A stretch of 58,641 nucleotides of DNA from Octopus bimaculoides (GCF_001194135.2 NC_068983.1:74499674-74558314); one strand, 5' to 3'; shown: positions 39,361 to 52,304, counted from the stretch's first letter. Translations and numbers: made by a program. The notes: a model not told the origin generated them from the letters alone.

Positions 39361-39746
39361 TACTCTGGGCACAGCTCCCGAAATTTTGGGGGTGGGGTCA
39401 GTTGATCAACTCTAGTACGCAACTGGTACTTAATTTATCGACTCCGAAAGGACGAAAGGCAAAGTCGACCACGGCGGAATTTTGACTCAGAGCGTTAAGA
39501 CAGACGAAATACCTATTTCTTTACTGCCCACAAGGGGCTACACACAGAGGGGACAAACAAGGACAGACAAACGGATTAAGTCGATTATATCGACCCCAGT
39601 AGGTAACTGGTACTTAATTTATCGACCCCGAAAGGATGAAAGGCAAAGTCGACCTCGGCGGAATTTGAACTCAGAACGCAGTGGCAGACGAAATACCGCT
39701 AAGCATTTCGCCCGGTGTGCTAACGTTTCTGCCAGCTCACCGCCTT
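39361..39746 (-). mobile_element. Family A SINE head-to-tail dimer
   Basis: A full monomer (39746-39514) is joined directly to a 5'-truncated monomer (39513-39361). Both contain AACTGGTACTTAATTTATCGAC and GAAAGGCAAAGTCGACC. Confidence 0.88.
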
Positions 39747-41118
39747 AGATTAAAATTATTGAAGACACTTTGCTTTCCTCAAAACTTTGTGGTCCAATGA
39801 TTGAAGTAGATGTAGAAAGAGAGCCATACAAGATAAATGTCTTCGTTTAGCACTTGACACAAAATAACTTTATTGTCACTAATGGAAATATTAATTGTAA
39901 TGTACTTAACTCTTTGAAGGACATTAACAACTAATTTAAGATGAAAAGTTTTCAAAATCTGACTGATCCGTGGTTTGCTGGCTCAGAGCTTTTCTGAGTT
40001 TAGACAGCATCAAGAACAAAAATTGCATGCATGTGTATTCATCTATGAATAATATGAATAATATTTTAGAGTTTATTTAGAGCAGAAAATTCCTTTGTCA
40101 TAACTGAATTTCTCAACTAACTGACAAATGACGGAGTGAAGCTTCGACTTGTATTAAAAGTGCATACAAACATTATCGTACTTACATACACAATATATGA
40201 AAGATATTACTAAGATCTCAGAAAACTATTTTCGGAACAAGATCAGAAAGAAATATATATTGTCATACAGTACATGTTGGAAGAATTAATAAAGCGTCGA
40301 ACATATAAATTTTGACATATTTCATTATTTCCTTTTAGGTCAGAGTTATATCTTTATACTTCCAGATTCAGTTTGGTTTTCATCCTTCGAAGGTCGGTAA
40401 ATTATATACCAAAGAAAGTACTGAAGCCAATATATTCAACTAAAATTCTTGAAGGTGATTCCGCCATATGGTGGTGGTCGAAAGAATAGAAGAATATTAT
40501 AATTTTATTTTTTTAAATTTTGCTATCGTTTAGTTACACATCGATCTGAGAGGGCAGGACTACTATAACTGACTGTGGAACCCTCTGTCGACAATGTAAG
40601 GAATATGATGGGTTTTAGTTAACCAATTGAATAATGCAAATCGAAATACTTGTACACCAACCACACCAAAGAAGCCTTACTCACATATCAGATCTCTTTA
40701 TAAATTATTCCAGCATTGGCACAATCCTTAGCAAAAAATATTTAAAACGAAGTATTTGTTTCAATGTATAATTATTGCTAGGCGTGAATTTGCAAATCAT
40801 AAATTATTTTCCTTTCGGGTATGATTGGTGTTAATTTAAGAAGGAAGAAATTCATAATTTTCATTGAATTAAGTCAACTCGGAGAAGCAATCATAATCCT
40901 GTTGCAATTTTTAATCAAATTGCTAAAAATAATACTTCCAAAAGCTATCGATAACATTGATAAAGTTTAATCCAATTTGTTTCTTTTTGCATTACAACTC
41001 CATACTCACATATAATTTTTGGATTTTATTTAAATATTATAGAAACTGAATTGCAGCATCAATTGATTGAAACCCTATTAATGTGTTGAAATATATTGAT
41101 GTGCTATTTTATTCTTTA

Positions 41119-42357
41119 CTAGAAAAGATACCCGGCGTTGCTCGCGGCTAAGATGGCATGCTTTGTAAGTATGTATTATAGTTATATTGAAACGTGAGAC
41201 GGGAAAATGCAGCATTGACGACAAAACATTTGTTTAGTAAATGATGTACTAATTCGACTAAGCAACATGTGATGCGTCCGTTTGGAGGATTCCAGGCCCT
41301 AACCTGTCATGGAAAATTCGAGGCGGGGGCATGTGATTTTTGAACGCAATGAAAATCTATCAGTGGATATAATCTCCTTTGCGTCTAATACGACCCGTCG
41401 TATGATTGATAGTCGAATGTAACTAATAGACATATTGTACGTAAAAGGAGCTGCAATGTGAGAGACCAAAGGGAAAGATAACTTGAAATGTTGCAGAAGG
41501 TGAAGGGTTGGCATCACAGAGAATGGTAGCCTCAGTAACACGTGGCATCATCTTTATCATCAGGTGTGTCCCATTGCAGAGTGTTGGTGGATCCAAATTC
41601 CTCAATAACATTACTGGAGTTCCCACTTTAATTTCCGATCTGTGGAGAAGTAGTCCTGGAGGCTCCAATGAACTGAGAAATTCTGCTGGATAATTTATCA
41701 CCGCTTCTGGAAATGGGATTATATCAAACTGAATTATAGATGTGAGGACTTCCAGGAAAGAACCGCAGCAGCTGCTCATTAATTTTACTTACAGTGTTGT
41801 TTTTTGGAGCCCGTATTGCTCTTTCACACAACCAATTGAGATTGTGATAATTTTTCGACCAATGGAGGTCTCCTTTTTGGAGACATTATGTCAAGAAATA
41901 TGATGTAATAAAATGAGAAGACAATTGTACGTTAATAATGAAATGATAGTGAAAGAAGGTAAATAATATTAATGTCTTAGCAAATTTTAAGAAATATATA
42001 CAATGGACTAAGATGACATTGTTATGTTAATAATTAATTGTCAATAAAAAACATTAATTAATATCAATATTTTAAAAGGAGGAAAAACGTTCAGCGGATC
42101 AATCACGTTGGATATAAAGAAGACAATCAATTTCTGAAAAATTACTTCGCAAAGAGTTACCTCCCTTTTCCACGTAACGCAGAACGGGTATTTTCTGCTC
42201 CCCGAGGTCCCATTACTCATTATGTGCAAATTTCGAAGTGTCTAAAACTATCTCTGTAACATAAGTAATAAGTGCTCCCATTTTGCAGAAAATAAGATGT
42301 GAACTTCAGAAGTTAAGCGGGTTTATAGACACACAACCTCACGTTTATATATATGGA
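41119..42357 (-). mobile_element. Complete non-autonomous Helitron (about 1.24 kb) with internal helicase remnant
   Basis: The minus strand begins A|TCCATATATATAAACGTGAGG (5' TC, plus 42357-42356) and ends GCCGCGAGCAACGCCGGGTATCTTTT-CTAG|T (GC-rich imperfect subterminal hairpin, then CTAG at plus 41122-41119). It is inserted between A and T with no TSD and contains a Pif1-like helicase fragment. These are the established Helitron hallmarks. Confidence 0.9.
41470..41850 (-). pseudogene. Frameshifted fragment of Helitron RepHel Pif1-family (SF1B) helicase domain
   Basis: One frame reads ERAIRAPKNNTVSKINEQLLRFFPGSPHIYNSV*. After a frameshift near 41720 it reads EAVINYPAEFLSSLEPPGLLLHRSEIKVGTPVMLLRNLDPPTLCNGTHLMIKMMPRVTEATIL, followed by a deleted/shifted PFTF..LQHFKLSF. 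This matches the typical Helitron helicase motifs ERAILAPKN, YPxEFLNSL, LKVGxPxMLLRNLDPPxLCNGTRL and LQFPVRLAF. Confidence 0.9.
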
Positions 42358-43844
42358 TATTTCATATTATACTTTATTATTAAAGCTGCAAAAACAACAC
42401 AAAAATATCACAAAAGACTCAGAATTTTACGTTTCCGTTCGTCGAACCGTTGTGATTGAAAATGGTACAAGAATTAAGGTTATATGCATAAACATATTAT
42501 ACAATTTACATTGACAGGTACCCATTTGAATTTGGTTTCATTTCATTGGCCGTTTCAACTAGCGGTTTTAGTTAAGAAATAGTGATATGAATTATAAGAT
42601 TTAAAATTAAAAGGCTTAAATATCGCATTGTGTACAATCGAAGCAAACCTTAAATCAAAAGTAAATTTTAGTTTAGAAGGAAAAACATACATGCCCAGAG
42701 TGAATTAATGGTAAAATAAGTTTTATTAATATAAATGTGAGTCTGTTTATAATAAAATATTCACTTACGGAATTCTAAAATCATAAAAATATATAGACAC
42801 ATGTTATTCACATACAAACGCATAGTTGCATCTATTTATACATGCACACACTAAAAAACATATACATGCATATGTACGCGAACACGTACAAAAGCTGATG
42901 CATACATACATATACAGGCAAATATTAATATGAATATATTTACTAATGTATACATAGATATCTACACGTATATATACACAATACGTCCCCGTGTGTATGT
43001 GCTAATATGTCTCATTATATGCTTCTTATGTATCATAAGGTGTGATATGTTAGAAACCCCGAAGCACCGATCTAAAAACTTTACAGCTTTTCGTCTCGTT
43101 TCTCTTTTATTATATTCTGTCGACTTTATATTTCATAATTAACGAGCCAATAAAATAAGTATTAGTGATTATAGTAATATCAGTTTATATGAAGCGACAT
43201 GCGATTATTCGCTTTACTGTTTTAAAAGGGAGAGAAGGAAACAAAGATGAATACACAGATCAACAAAAGTGAAACATATTGGAAGGTAGTACATACACCA
43301 AGAACATAGGAAAGAAAGGACTATCTTAGCACAAAGCATAAATATGCTCAGGCAATACAAGATAGTAACACGAATCAGAGCAGCGTTTGCTATATAACAA
43401 CATAGTATAATAAAAGTATTAAAATCCATTAGCCTTCCCTTTACACATATAATACACAGCAACCAAGTTAACCAATTTGAAGTACATAACTGCGATACAG
43501 AAAATCTAAATATAATGAATATACTGGACATTTTTATTAAGCAATTTCATTTTACACAACATTCCTATGTTTCAGCTTTGTTTCTTTTATCAGTTCAATT
43601 TCAAATAGAATTATGAAATCTCTAACTGCTTACTAATAACGTCAAACAATCTCTAAAGTGTGCAAAGTTATACTTAGTAAAATACCAATCAAAACCGCAT
43701 CATTCAGACTCAAGATATGTCTATGCACTACCTCAAATATCATAGAAATCTCTGTAATATCACCAAATGCCGTTATACGCATATGAATTAGCATTGAATA
43801 AATGCTGTTTCAGTTGCCTACAGTTATGAAAAATAATGGTTTCT

Positions 43845-44270
43845 GATTTAGGCACAAGGCCACCAATTGGAAAGGAATGTCTGGTTGATAATATCGAACT
43901 TAGCATTTGGTTAGTGAACTTATAGTGATCAAATCTTCGTGCCGCACATTAGTTCACTCTCTCCATCAAAAATAAAAAAAAATGGAAGGCAAAGTTGATG
44001 ACAGTGAGATTTGAACCTAAGGTGTAAAATTTCGGAACCTACTTGCAAGGTACTTTTCCGAATCTCTAATGGTTATGCCAATACATCAACCTTTAACTGT
44101 TTGGAATTTATTGACGAGAGACCAGTAACGTTTGAGGCAAGTATGTTAATCGATTATTTGGACCCAAGCACTTGAGCAGTATTTTGTTTCATGAACCCCA
44201 GGGATGAACTTAGTAGGATTTGAATTCAGAATGTAAAGAGTTGAAGCAAAGCCAGAAGGCATTTCTATGT
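43845..44270 (-). mobile_element. Degraded family A-like SINE remnants (probably two)
   Basis: TAGGCACAAGGCC, GAAGGCAAAGTTGA...GAGATTTGAACC, and a second GGATTTGAATTCAGAATGTAAAGAG motif. Confidence 0.45.
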
Positions 44271-44960
44271 TTTTATGTACACATTTTTGTTACTTTCACT
44301 GTGTGCACATAAAACTTCGACACACACTCGTACACCAATAAGTTTCTTCAACTCTTGCTGATGGAATCTTTAGAAATATATTGCAAAATAAGAAACTCTT
44401 GATGATAAACACCTATAGCAGAAAGGATCAGATATTTTTTCAAGGTTATCGTGTTGTAGACCAAGTGGATCCTCACATTTCCTTGCAGTAGTTTTATTGA
44501 ATCTAGATTGTACGAGTCCAGAATGAATGTTATCTGATAACAAAAATATTTACAAATAAACAATATATTTCGCAATCCTCTCACACAATCATGCACATAC
44601 ATACACATACGAGTATTTGCTTTCGACGATAAATGAATATCATGCAGAAAAATATCGATTCCATATTCTGTTGCTTTTTCCCTTCGGCTCCTGGACAGCG
44701 GCCATAATGTGGGGTCGCCATCTTTCTTGCTACTGTTTCTATATGTGGCCAGTCTTTGATCAATGATGGAGTGTGAACTTGCTACCATCATTTATTTGTT
44801 TGTATTCTAATAAAGGCATTTTCATACACTGACTGTTGCAACGCAAATAACATTATTCATTTAGCTATGGTGGTTTCATGCAATACATGTTGTGGAAATC
44901 ATTCTTGTAGAGTATTTCCCTTTCTATGATATTTTGATTGGAATATTTGAACTCTATACG

Positions 44961-45110
44961 TGCTGTATGGTTAAATGTTTAAGACGCTTGTGTCTCGGTT
45001 TTGATTCTGCTGTGTGGTATCTTGGGCAAACGTACTTGTCTATAGTTTCGGGTAAAACCATTCCTTGTGAGTAAAAATGGGTAAATGAGAACTGTATAGG
45101 AAACCATTCA
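44961..45110 (+). mobile_element. Degraded family C-like SINE head
   Basis: GCTGTATGGTTAAATG...TGTGTGGTATCTTGGGCAAACGTACTTGTCTATAG...CCTTGTGAGT. Confidence 0.55.
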
Positions 45111-45973
45111 AATAGAATGTAACTCTTAAATGAAATCCAGTCTTAACACATTGCCAAACTGGTTCCATCAGAGACATACACTCAGGGTACAGCTTTTTAC
45201 AGAATACAAGGCCACTTACACTCCAATTCAATAAGCCTAGTAGATCATTTGATCAAACAATTGAACACACATGGTCGGAAATTCTGTTGTCCTACACCTT
45301 ACCTGTGCTGTTAGCTGCTTAGTTGTTTAGCTGAAAGTGAGCGATAATCGAGCTGTCATACAAACAAAAACGTTCTGGTTCAAATTGGCCTAGCTTTAGG
45401 TTTTAGACATGGTGAGTCCAGGATTACCTTTTTTGAAGATTATAGTGTACTATATGAGGGAGATTTGATTGTTATTTCTAGTAGATCGAATAAGCATTTA
45501 GAGGTCTCTTCTAAGGTTCATTATTGTACTTTTGTTATTGTTGTTGTCATCCGGGTCTTTATCGTTGTTGTTGTTGTTGCTGTTGTTCTTGTTTTTCTTT
45601 AGTCTCAGTTCATTAATCAAAAGCATTTCAACTATGACTGTCCAGCCATTTTATGTCTTTCAACATACAATGTGTACTTTTTTTTATATGATCTTAAGAT
45701 GCGGGGGTGATTTGTAGAAAATAAGCCGCGTTTTTTTTTTCTTTTTTAGACAGAGCAGTTGAATGGTAGTTTCTCTCTGAATAATTTAGCTGTATAGAGT
45801 TAGAAAGAGAGTGAGTGAGTAGATAGATGGAGAAGAGATTGAGAGAGATAGACAGTATGTGAATGTAAGTACTGTCTATGCTATGGGTGCAAACCAAACG
45901 ATTTGTGATAAGCTTATGAGCTGTCTTTACTTCAGCTTGTAGACGTATATTCTTTCTTATCTGTCAGCAGATT

Positions 45974-46362
45974 GTGGAGGCGCAATGGCCCAGTGGTTAG
46001 GGCAGCGGACTCGCGGTCATAGGATCGCGGTTTCGATTCCCAGACCAGCGTTGTGAGTGTTTATTGAGCGAAAACACCTAAAGCTCCGCGAGGCTTCGGC
46101 AGGGGATGGTGGCGAACTCTGCTGTACTCTTCCACCACAACTTTCTCTCACTCTTACTTCCTGTTTCTGTTGTCCCTGTAATTCAAAGGGTCAGCCTTGT
46201 CACACTGTGTCACGCTGAATATCCCCGAGAACTACGTTAAGGGTACACGTGTCTGTGGAGTGCTCAGCCACTTGCACGTTAATCTCACGAGCAGGCTGTT
46301 CCGTTGATCATATCAACTGGAACCCTCAACGTCGTAAGCGACAGAGTGCCAACAACAACAAC
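45974..46362 (+). mobile_element. tRNA-derived SINE, family B, full length with (AAC)n tail
   Basis: The head differs at 1 of 73 nt from the copy at 33137 and the body is the same. It ends in AACAACAACAAC. A probable diverged TSD is ATCTGTCAGCAGA (45959-45971) / ATCTGCCAACAGA (46363-46375). Confidence 0.9.
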
Positions 46363-46770
46363 ATCTGCCAACAGAAGCACGCTCCTCGGAATGAGTGTTT
46401 TATTAATAAGAACAAAAGCTTGGATTATTAATTCATTGGTAACAACACATCAATTACAAAATCGAAATTACTGATTTGCTCACTCATTTTCTTTCGCATA
46501 TATATGGTAAATACGCCTCAAGATTATGCTCATTCCTCTTGTGAAACTTAAGATAATTTCTCTGCTGCTATTTTCATCAGTGCAATCTTACTTGAACATA
46601 GACGATACTTTGTAATGCTATTCATGTACACACACTTCCTTCATATTCATACGAAGTATGAAACATAATTATGGTCTGTGGGAATGAAAATATGATTCAT
46701 TGCTCTTTACTTATCTTTTAACATGTGTACTTATATTGTTCTGATCCGTTTTTCCAGCTTCACATTCCCA

Positions 46771-46870
46771 TTTCAAATTCCGCCTAATTTGACTTTGCCT
46801 TTCATCTTTTTAGAATCGATAAAAATAACTAGTTGAGCACTAGGGTCGATGTAATTGGGAAGCCCTTCCC
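46771..46870 (+). mobile_element. Family A SINE fragment
   Basis: TTCAAATTCCGCCTAATTTGACTTTGCCTTTCATC ... TCGATAAAATAA ... GCACTAGGGTCGATGTAAT. Confidence 0.7.
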
Positions 46871-49047
46871 CACTTAAGGAGTTATATTGTTCCAAACTGT
46901 TATTAGAACTGTCAAAAATTTTTGATAATATTACCTTGATTGGTAGATTTATTGCATAAGAAGAGTTTCTAAATTTATCGGAAGAAGAAATATTAACTTC
47001 TAAATGCAAAGAGAAGTATAGCCAATTGGTCTTCAGGTCGTTTTGTAGGTGCAGACACTCTGTTGCAAGCTTTCTGATGAAACCTCTGTTTCTTCTTTAG
47101 TTCATATGTATCTTATAGACATTAATTTTAGGTATTAATCGAAATTAACCTTATCAGTCCAAGACGAATCTAAGAGTTTATAGGTACTGCCCTTCATTCC
47201 TCCATCTCATGGAAGAAAAGAAATGAAATTCAATTGTTTCGAAAATCTGATCTCAGTTTTCCTTCCAAATGAAAATTACTTCAATGAACATGGTAATGTG
47301 CTTTTGAAGAAAGCTGACAAATTGTGACACTACGATATATGTTATCTAGGCCACCATGATTAGCACCTCGAGTGAGTCAAAATATATTCAACTTGTTATG
47401 GAAGTAGTTATGTTTTAACACATTCAGATATTTCCTCTTTTTTTGTGCTCTGCAGCTGACTAATAACTATATAATATATGGGAAAACAGTAGACGCTAGC
47501 GATCATCTACGCCAACAAATAACGTACAAAAAGAGTGGAATGAATTTCATAATATGAAGAAGAGATGCTTTTATTGCTAACCGTATGTTAGAAAAGTTCA
47601 CTTCTTCCACATATCTTCTATCTGAGGAAGATGAAATTACAAACAAAACAGCAGGAAATTATTTGTGTCGTCCAAATATATTGTATGTTTAAACCATATA
47701 TGTAAACTTTCTCTTGTAACTTCAAATGTTTAACTAAGGAAATAATGAATCGTGTTTATGCTATGAACATTTCTAATGCACAGGTGATATTGGCCATATT
47801 AGTTCGAATTGAATATGTTGAGTACTGAACAGCACCCATTAGACTCCGCACAGAACGCATTAGCTTATCTTGCTTTAAGAGGCTATTAAAAGACTCAAGT
47901 TCCTTGAGAGTCTAATTCAAAATATAAATCAAGACTTATAATTGTTATATAAAAGTATAGAAAATAAATTTTGAAATGATATGCTATAGAATATTCTCGT
48001 TATATTTAGGATTTTGCTTTGTCGGGGGTTGGGAATCTAAATAAGATTAATATTTTATCATTCTACAGAAATCAGATAATATTACTTTTATGTTATCAAC
48101 TTGTCGAAGATATGAAATAATTCCTGAAATAGATGAGTTATGATAGAATATTTCGTTGACAATAACCTTTATAATTATGGTCAAGAGGGAAATCGATTTA
48201 AAAAATACTATTCTTATCGATTAGAAATTATTTATAAGATCTTATATTGATTGACATCTCACCATCTCTTACATATATAAAGTTAGAAAAAGCTGGTTGC
48301 ATTTGAATGAAAAATATGAGACTGCCAAAACAGTACTTGAAAATATGTTCAAAGAACGATGAGATTAAAGGAGGAAAAAAAATTCTCAAGAAAACTTTAT
48401 GATGAAATATTTACTGTACAAAAGTTGAAATTTCTTTGATGATAATGATGAATGAAGTGAAGTAGTAGAGAAGAGATATACTAGGGAGAAGCAACATACT
48501 TGTTTTGCAGTGTGTATGTATGTGTTTTTGGTGACGAAGAAAATAATAAAGATATTAGTTTGATTTATTTCACGGATGTTTAGGTTGGAGAGTACCGTGA
48601 GCTCAGTGTGATATACTAACGATCTGCCTCCATTCCTTGATCTGATGTTGATTTCGGTTTCCATTCTTGGATAGAAATATTTTATCGATATCACTGCAAT
48701 GGAGAAATATGAATACTGTAATATAGATTATAGTCTTAGGAGAAAAGAATATGTCATATTACACACGCACACATACGCGCGCGCACACACACTTACATAC
48801 ATATCAACGAAACATACATGCATTTATATATCTCTCTCACTCACTCTCACCCTCACTCTCACTCTTTCTATCGCTCTCTCTCTCTGTATGTATGTGCATA
48901 TATATATATATATACATATATATGTATGTATGTATATATATACGTATATAAGTATCGTTGAGTTCATAAGAATTTATATACTTTGAGAGAACATCAAATA
49001 ATTTTTTCAAGAATAGTGGGTTTGAAGGAGAAAAGTTATAAAAAACT

Positions 49048-49168
49048 TTTGGATACAAAAAGTTAAAGGCAACGTTCAACTTTTTCTCTACAAAGGGATT
49101 TTGAAACCCGATATCTACACGGTGTTATTTATAGCTTTTCTTCTTCGAGATCCACGGTTCCGAAAATG
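49048..49168. repeat. Dispersed repeat homologous to 22923-23045
   Basis: TTTTGGATACAAAAAGTT...CAACTTTTTCTCTAC...ACACGGTGTTATTTATAGCTTTTCTTCTTCGAGATCC. Confidence 0.6.
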
Positions 49169-49671
49169 AATAGTATATATATATATGCGTGTGTGTGTGT
49201 GTGTGTGGAGAGAAAGAGCGAGAAAGAGAGTGGGAGACGTCTTATAATAATTTTGATTGCCATTACGTTACTTAGCCCATCGGTAACGCTTTCACGTGAT
49301 TATAGAAAAAGAGAACAGAAAAAGAGGATAAGCCGATGAGTCAGGCAGAAAAAGAGAGAAAGAAAAAGAGGGAGAGAGAAAAGATGAAGGGATAAGTTTC
49401 CATGACATGTGGTAGGGGAACGTAATTTTTATTACGTGGTTAAAAAAAGTTAGCTGAAGGTAGTGATATAGAGAAGAGCTAGGAATATAATTTTAGCAGA
49501 AGGGTGATGTTCTGATGGTGAGCTTGTGAGCTTGTGCCAAGATTATAATGAATTAACCTTTTATAATACATTAGATCTATTTTCGCTTAACATTTCTGAA
49601 TTTTTCTGTAATCATAGAATCGCTCAATATAATATTGAAATTACCGGCAATACAAAATGTAGCCTCAGAAA

Positions 49672-50093
49672 TCTTGTACTTGCTTCGGCCATTTGACCGC
49701 GGCCATGCAGGGGTATCACCTTCAAGTGATTTAGTAGAACAAATTGACCACAGGACTAATTTCTTTTAAAGCTTAGTACTGAATCTATCGGTTCTTTTGC
49801 CGAACTGTTAAGTTACTGCTAGGTAAACACACGAACACCGGTTGTCAAGCGGTGATAGTGGGGCAAACACACACACAAAGACACACGCACATTATATATA
49901 TATATATACATATATATATNNNNNNNNNNNNNNNNNNNNNNNNNNNNNNNNNNNNNNNNNNNNNNNNNNNNNNNNNNNNNNNNNNNNNNNNNNNNNNNNN
50001 NNNNNNNNNNNNNNNNNNNNNNNNNNNNNNNNNNNNNNNNNNNNNNNNNNNNNNNNNNNNNNNNNNNNNNNNNNNNNNNNNNNNNNNNNNNNN

Positions 50094-50125
<32 letters not shown>

Positions 50126-50290
50126 GACGGTCTTCCTACAGTAACCGCTTACCAAATCCACTCACAAGGTTTTGGGCAGTCCGTGGCTATAGTAGAAGAC
50201 ACGTGCCCAACGTGCCATGTGGTGGGATTGAGCCCAGAACGATGTGGCTGCGAAGCAAATTTCTTACTACACACCTCCGCCTGCGTCTAT
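49672..50290 (-). mobile_element. Family C CORE-like SINE with internal microsatellite (spans an N-gap)
   Basis: The head at 50122-50290 (ATACGACGG...ACCAAATCCACTCACAAGG...AGAAGACACGTGCCCAA) matches 25456-25620. The other segment at 49672-49890 (GCGGCCATGC...TCTATCGG...GGTTGTCAAGCG) matches 26826-26925 and, inverted, 15151-15270. The two are linked by CA/TA repeats and a gap; their joining into one element is an inference. Confidence 0.7.
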
Positions 50291-52226
50291 ATATAGTTTG
50301 TAGATAAATGTTATGATAGGAGTATTGCTTATTATAATCTCTATTTAAGTTATTACTTATCAAATATATAATCTCATAACTACTGATATTGTAATTTCTT
50401 AAAACGGAGAAAGTTTACTTAATTCTCTATAAAGATGTATAATATGTCATCAGTTACAGTAGAGTTTTGTGTTTAATGAACTCATATATCAGAATAACTA
50501 ATTTATTTATACAATCATTTACGAACTATTAATGAATATAAAAAAAAAAAAATATTTTGTGTGAGGTCATATTAATTTACTATTAATTTATTATTATTAC
50601 ATTTTTCATACCTTTTTCATTGACATATGTGGAATTCATGTACACATTGATACACAACACACCCAGGTACACACGAACTTACGCTAACATAAACACACGA
50701 TCACATAGTGAATGTGTGTGTGTTTGCTGTGTGTGTGTGTTTGCTGTGTGTGTGTGTGTGTTTGCTGTGTGTGTGTGTGTGTGAAACAAAGTGAGGGAAA
50801 CAAAGAAAAGGTGAGATTGCGGGAGAGAAATCGACAGAAACTGCCTATGAGATACAGAGTGAGTGGAAAAATGAGCCGAAGTTATAATTGAATGCAGTAT
50901 ACTGTACTATATATATTTTTTATCTACAGTAAAGTATCATATATCAATATATAGTATAGTATGCATGAATGTTACATGAAACAGTTACGAAGTAGATATC
51001 AACGTTCCGTCTTCTGATCAGTGTTGGATTAACTGAAAACCAATGCATGTCATTTAAAATTAAATTACTGTAAAAACAACTTTCAGTAAAATCACTATAA
51101 CGTGACAAACGACTCATTGCATCCTTTGTCATTTAAACTGTCTCTTATGTTTTTTTCTTTTCAAGTGACATGCGTCACTTTTTTTATTGCGCCAACACGG
51201 ATCATAAGTTTCAACATTGATGTTGTGACATTTAGTAACTGCTTCTTTTTTTTTATACATGTATTTCTTTTAAAACATGCGTGTCATTACAAAGCCATCT
51301 TCTTGCACATGCTAGGGAGAATATGCATCATTGTCGTTACTCATAACTACCTAGACGATTTATCTTTATGGCAGATTAAAACCTTTTAGCAACAATTTAG
51401 GAATGAAAAGCTGCAGGTGCTGTACAATAAAACTTTCCTTTGGAAAAATATTTTATATACACTATCGGTACCCGCGGAAATACCATAAACATCTTGCCTC
51501 TCGGTAATAATATCCTTCCATTTCTCTTATAATCAGTTGATTAATTTCTAAGAAATCTTATCTATAATGTTCAGTCTTGTCTTCTCTCCTAGCCTGTTTT
51601 ACTCATTCTGGCTTCTTAGAGGATGGCAGCAGCATTGGGGAAATCACTGGTCGCATAGTGTCTGAAAGCACGTATCCACGTCAACCACGAATAAATAAAA
51701 CGTCATCTAAACGCCATAAGGGCACAAAATACATAAAACTTCGTTTTAGTTCTGCATTCTGTCATCGATTTCAATGACTGAGCGTTACAATTAATGATTT
51801 GATTAATGAATTATAGACGGCTGATTATTCTAAAGATGCTAATAAAATCAGTGTCTTGCCAAACGGAAGAAGTTGAGATGGAAGGGTCGTTCTCGCTGCG
51901 ATTTTCCATTTCGATTTTATTGACATGGATATGTGCCTCTAATAAAATAGGACTGAACTTGGTTAACCTTATCAACCATGGATACAATGCATAACTGCAA
52001 AAGAAGGCACCCTATGTGTTTCAGTGAACTAAGCGTCAGTTAGATCTCACCTTACCATCATCAAAAAAGACAAGATAAATTGCAAAATGATCCAAATGAG
52101 GTGTTATATATGATACTTCTTGCATCATAAGTATGTAATGCTCAAGGCTGTGCATCAGAATGGCCGCAGTTCAATGGCTGAAAAATGTACAAGAAAAGAT
52201 CTATCTGTCTATCTATATACACAAAG

Positions 52227-52229
<3 letters not shown>

Positions 52230-52304
<75 letters not shown>

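Noticed and set aside
45974-46046. tRNA gene (also 33065-33137 and family A/C/D heads)
   Set aside because: The heads have A/B-box-like motifs but no clean cloverleaf or acceptor stem, and they continue into a shared SINE body with tail and TSD.
51593-51777. Plus-strand ORF after a polypyrimidine-AG
   Set aside because: There is no homology or supporting upstream exon; this is expected by chance in 58 kb.
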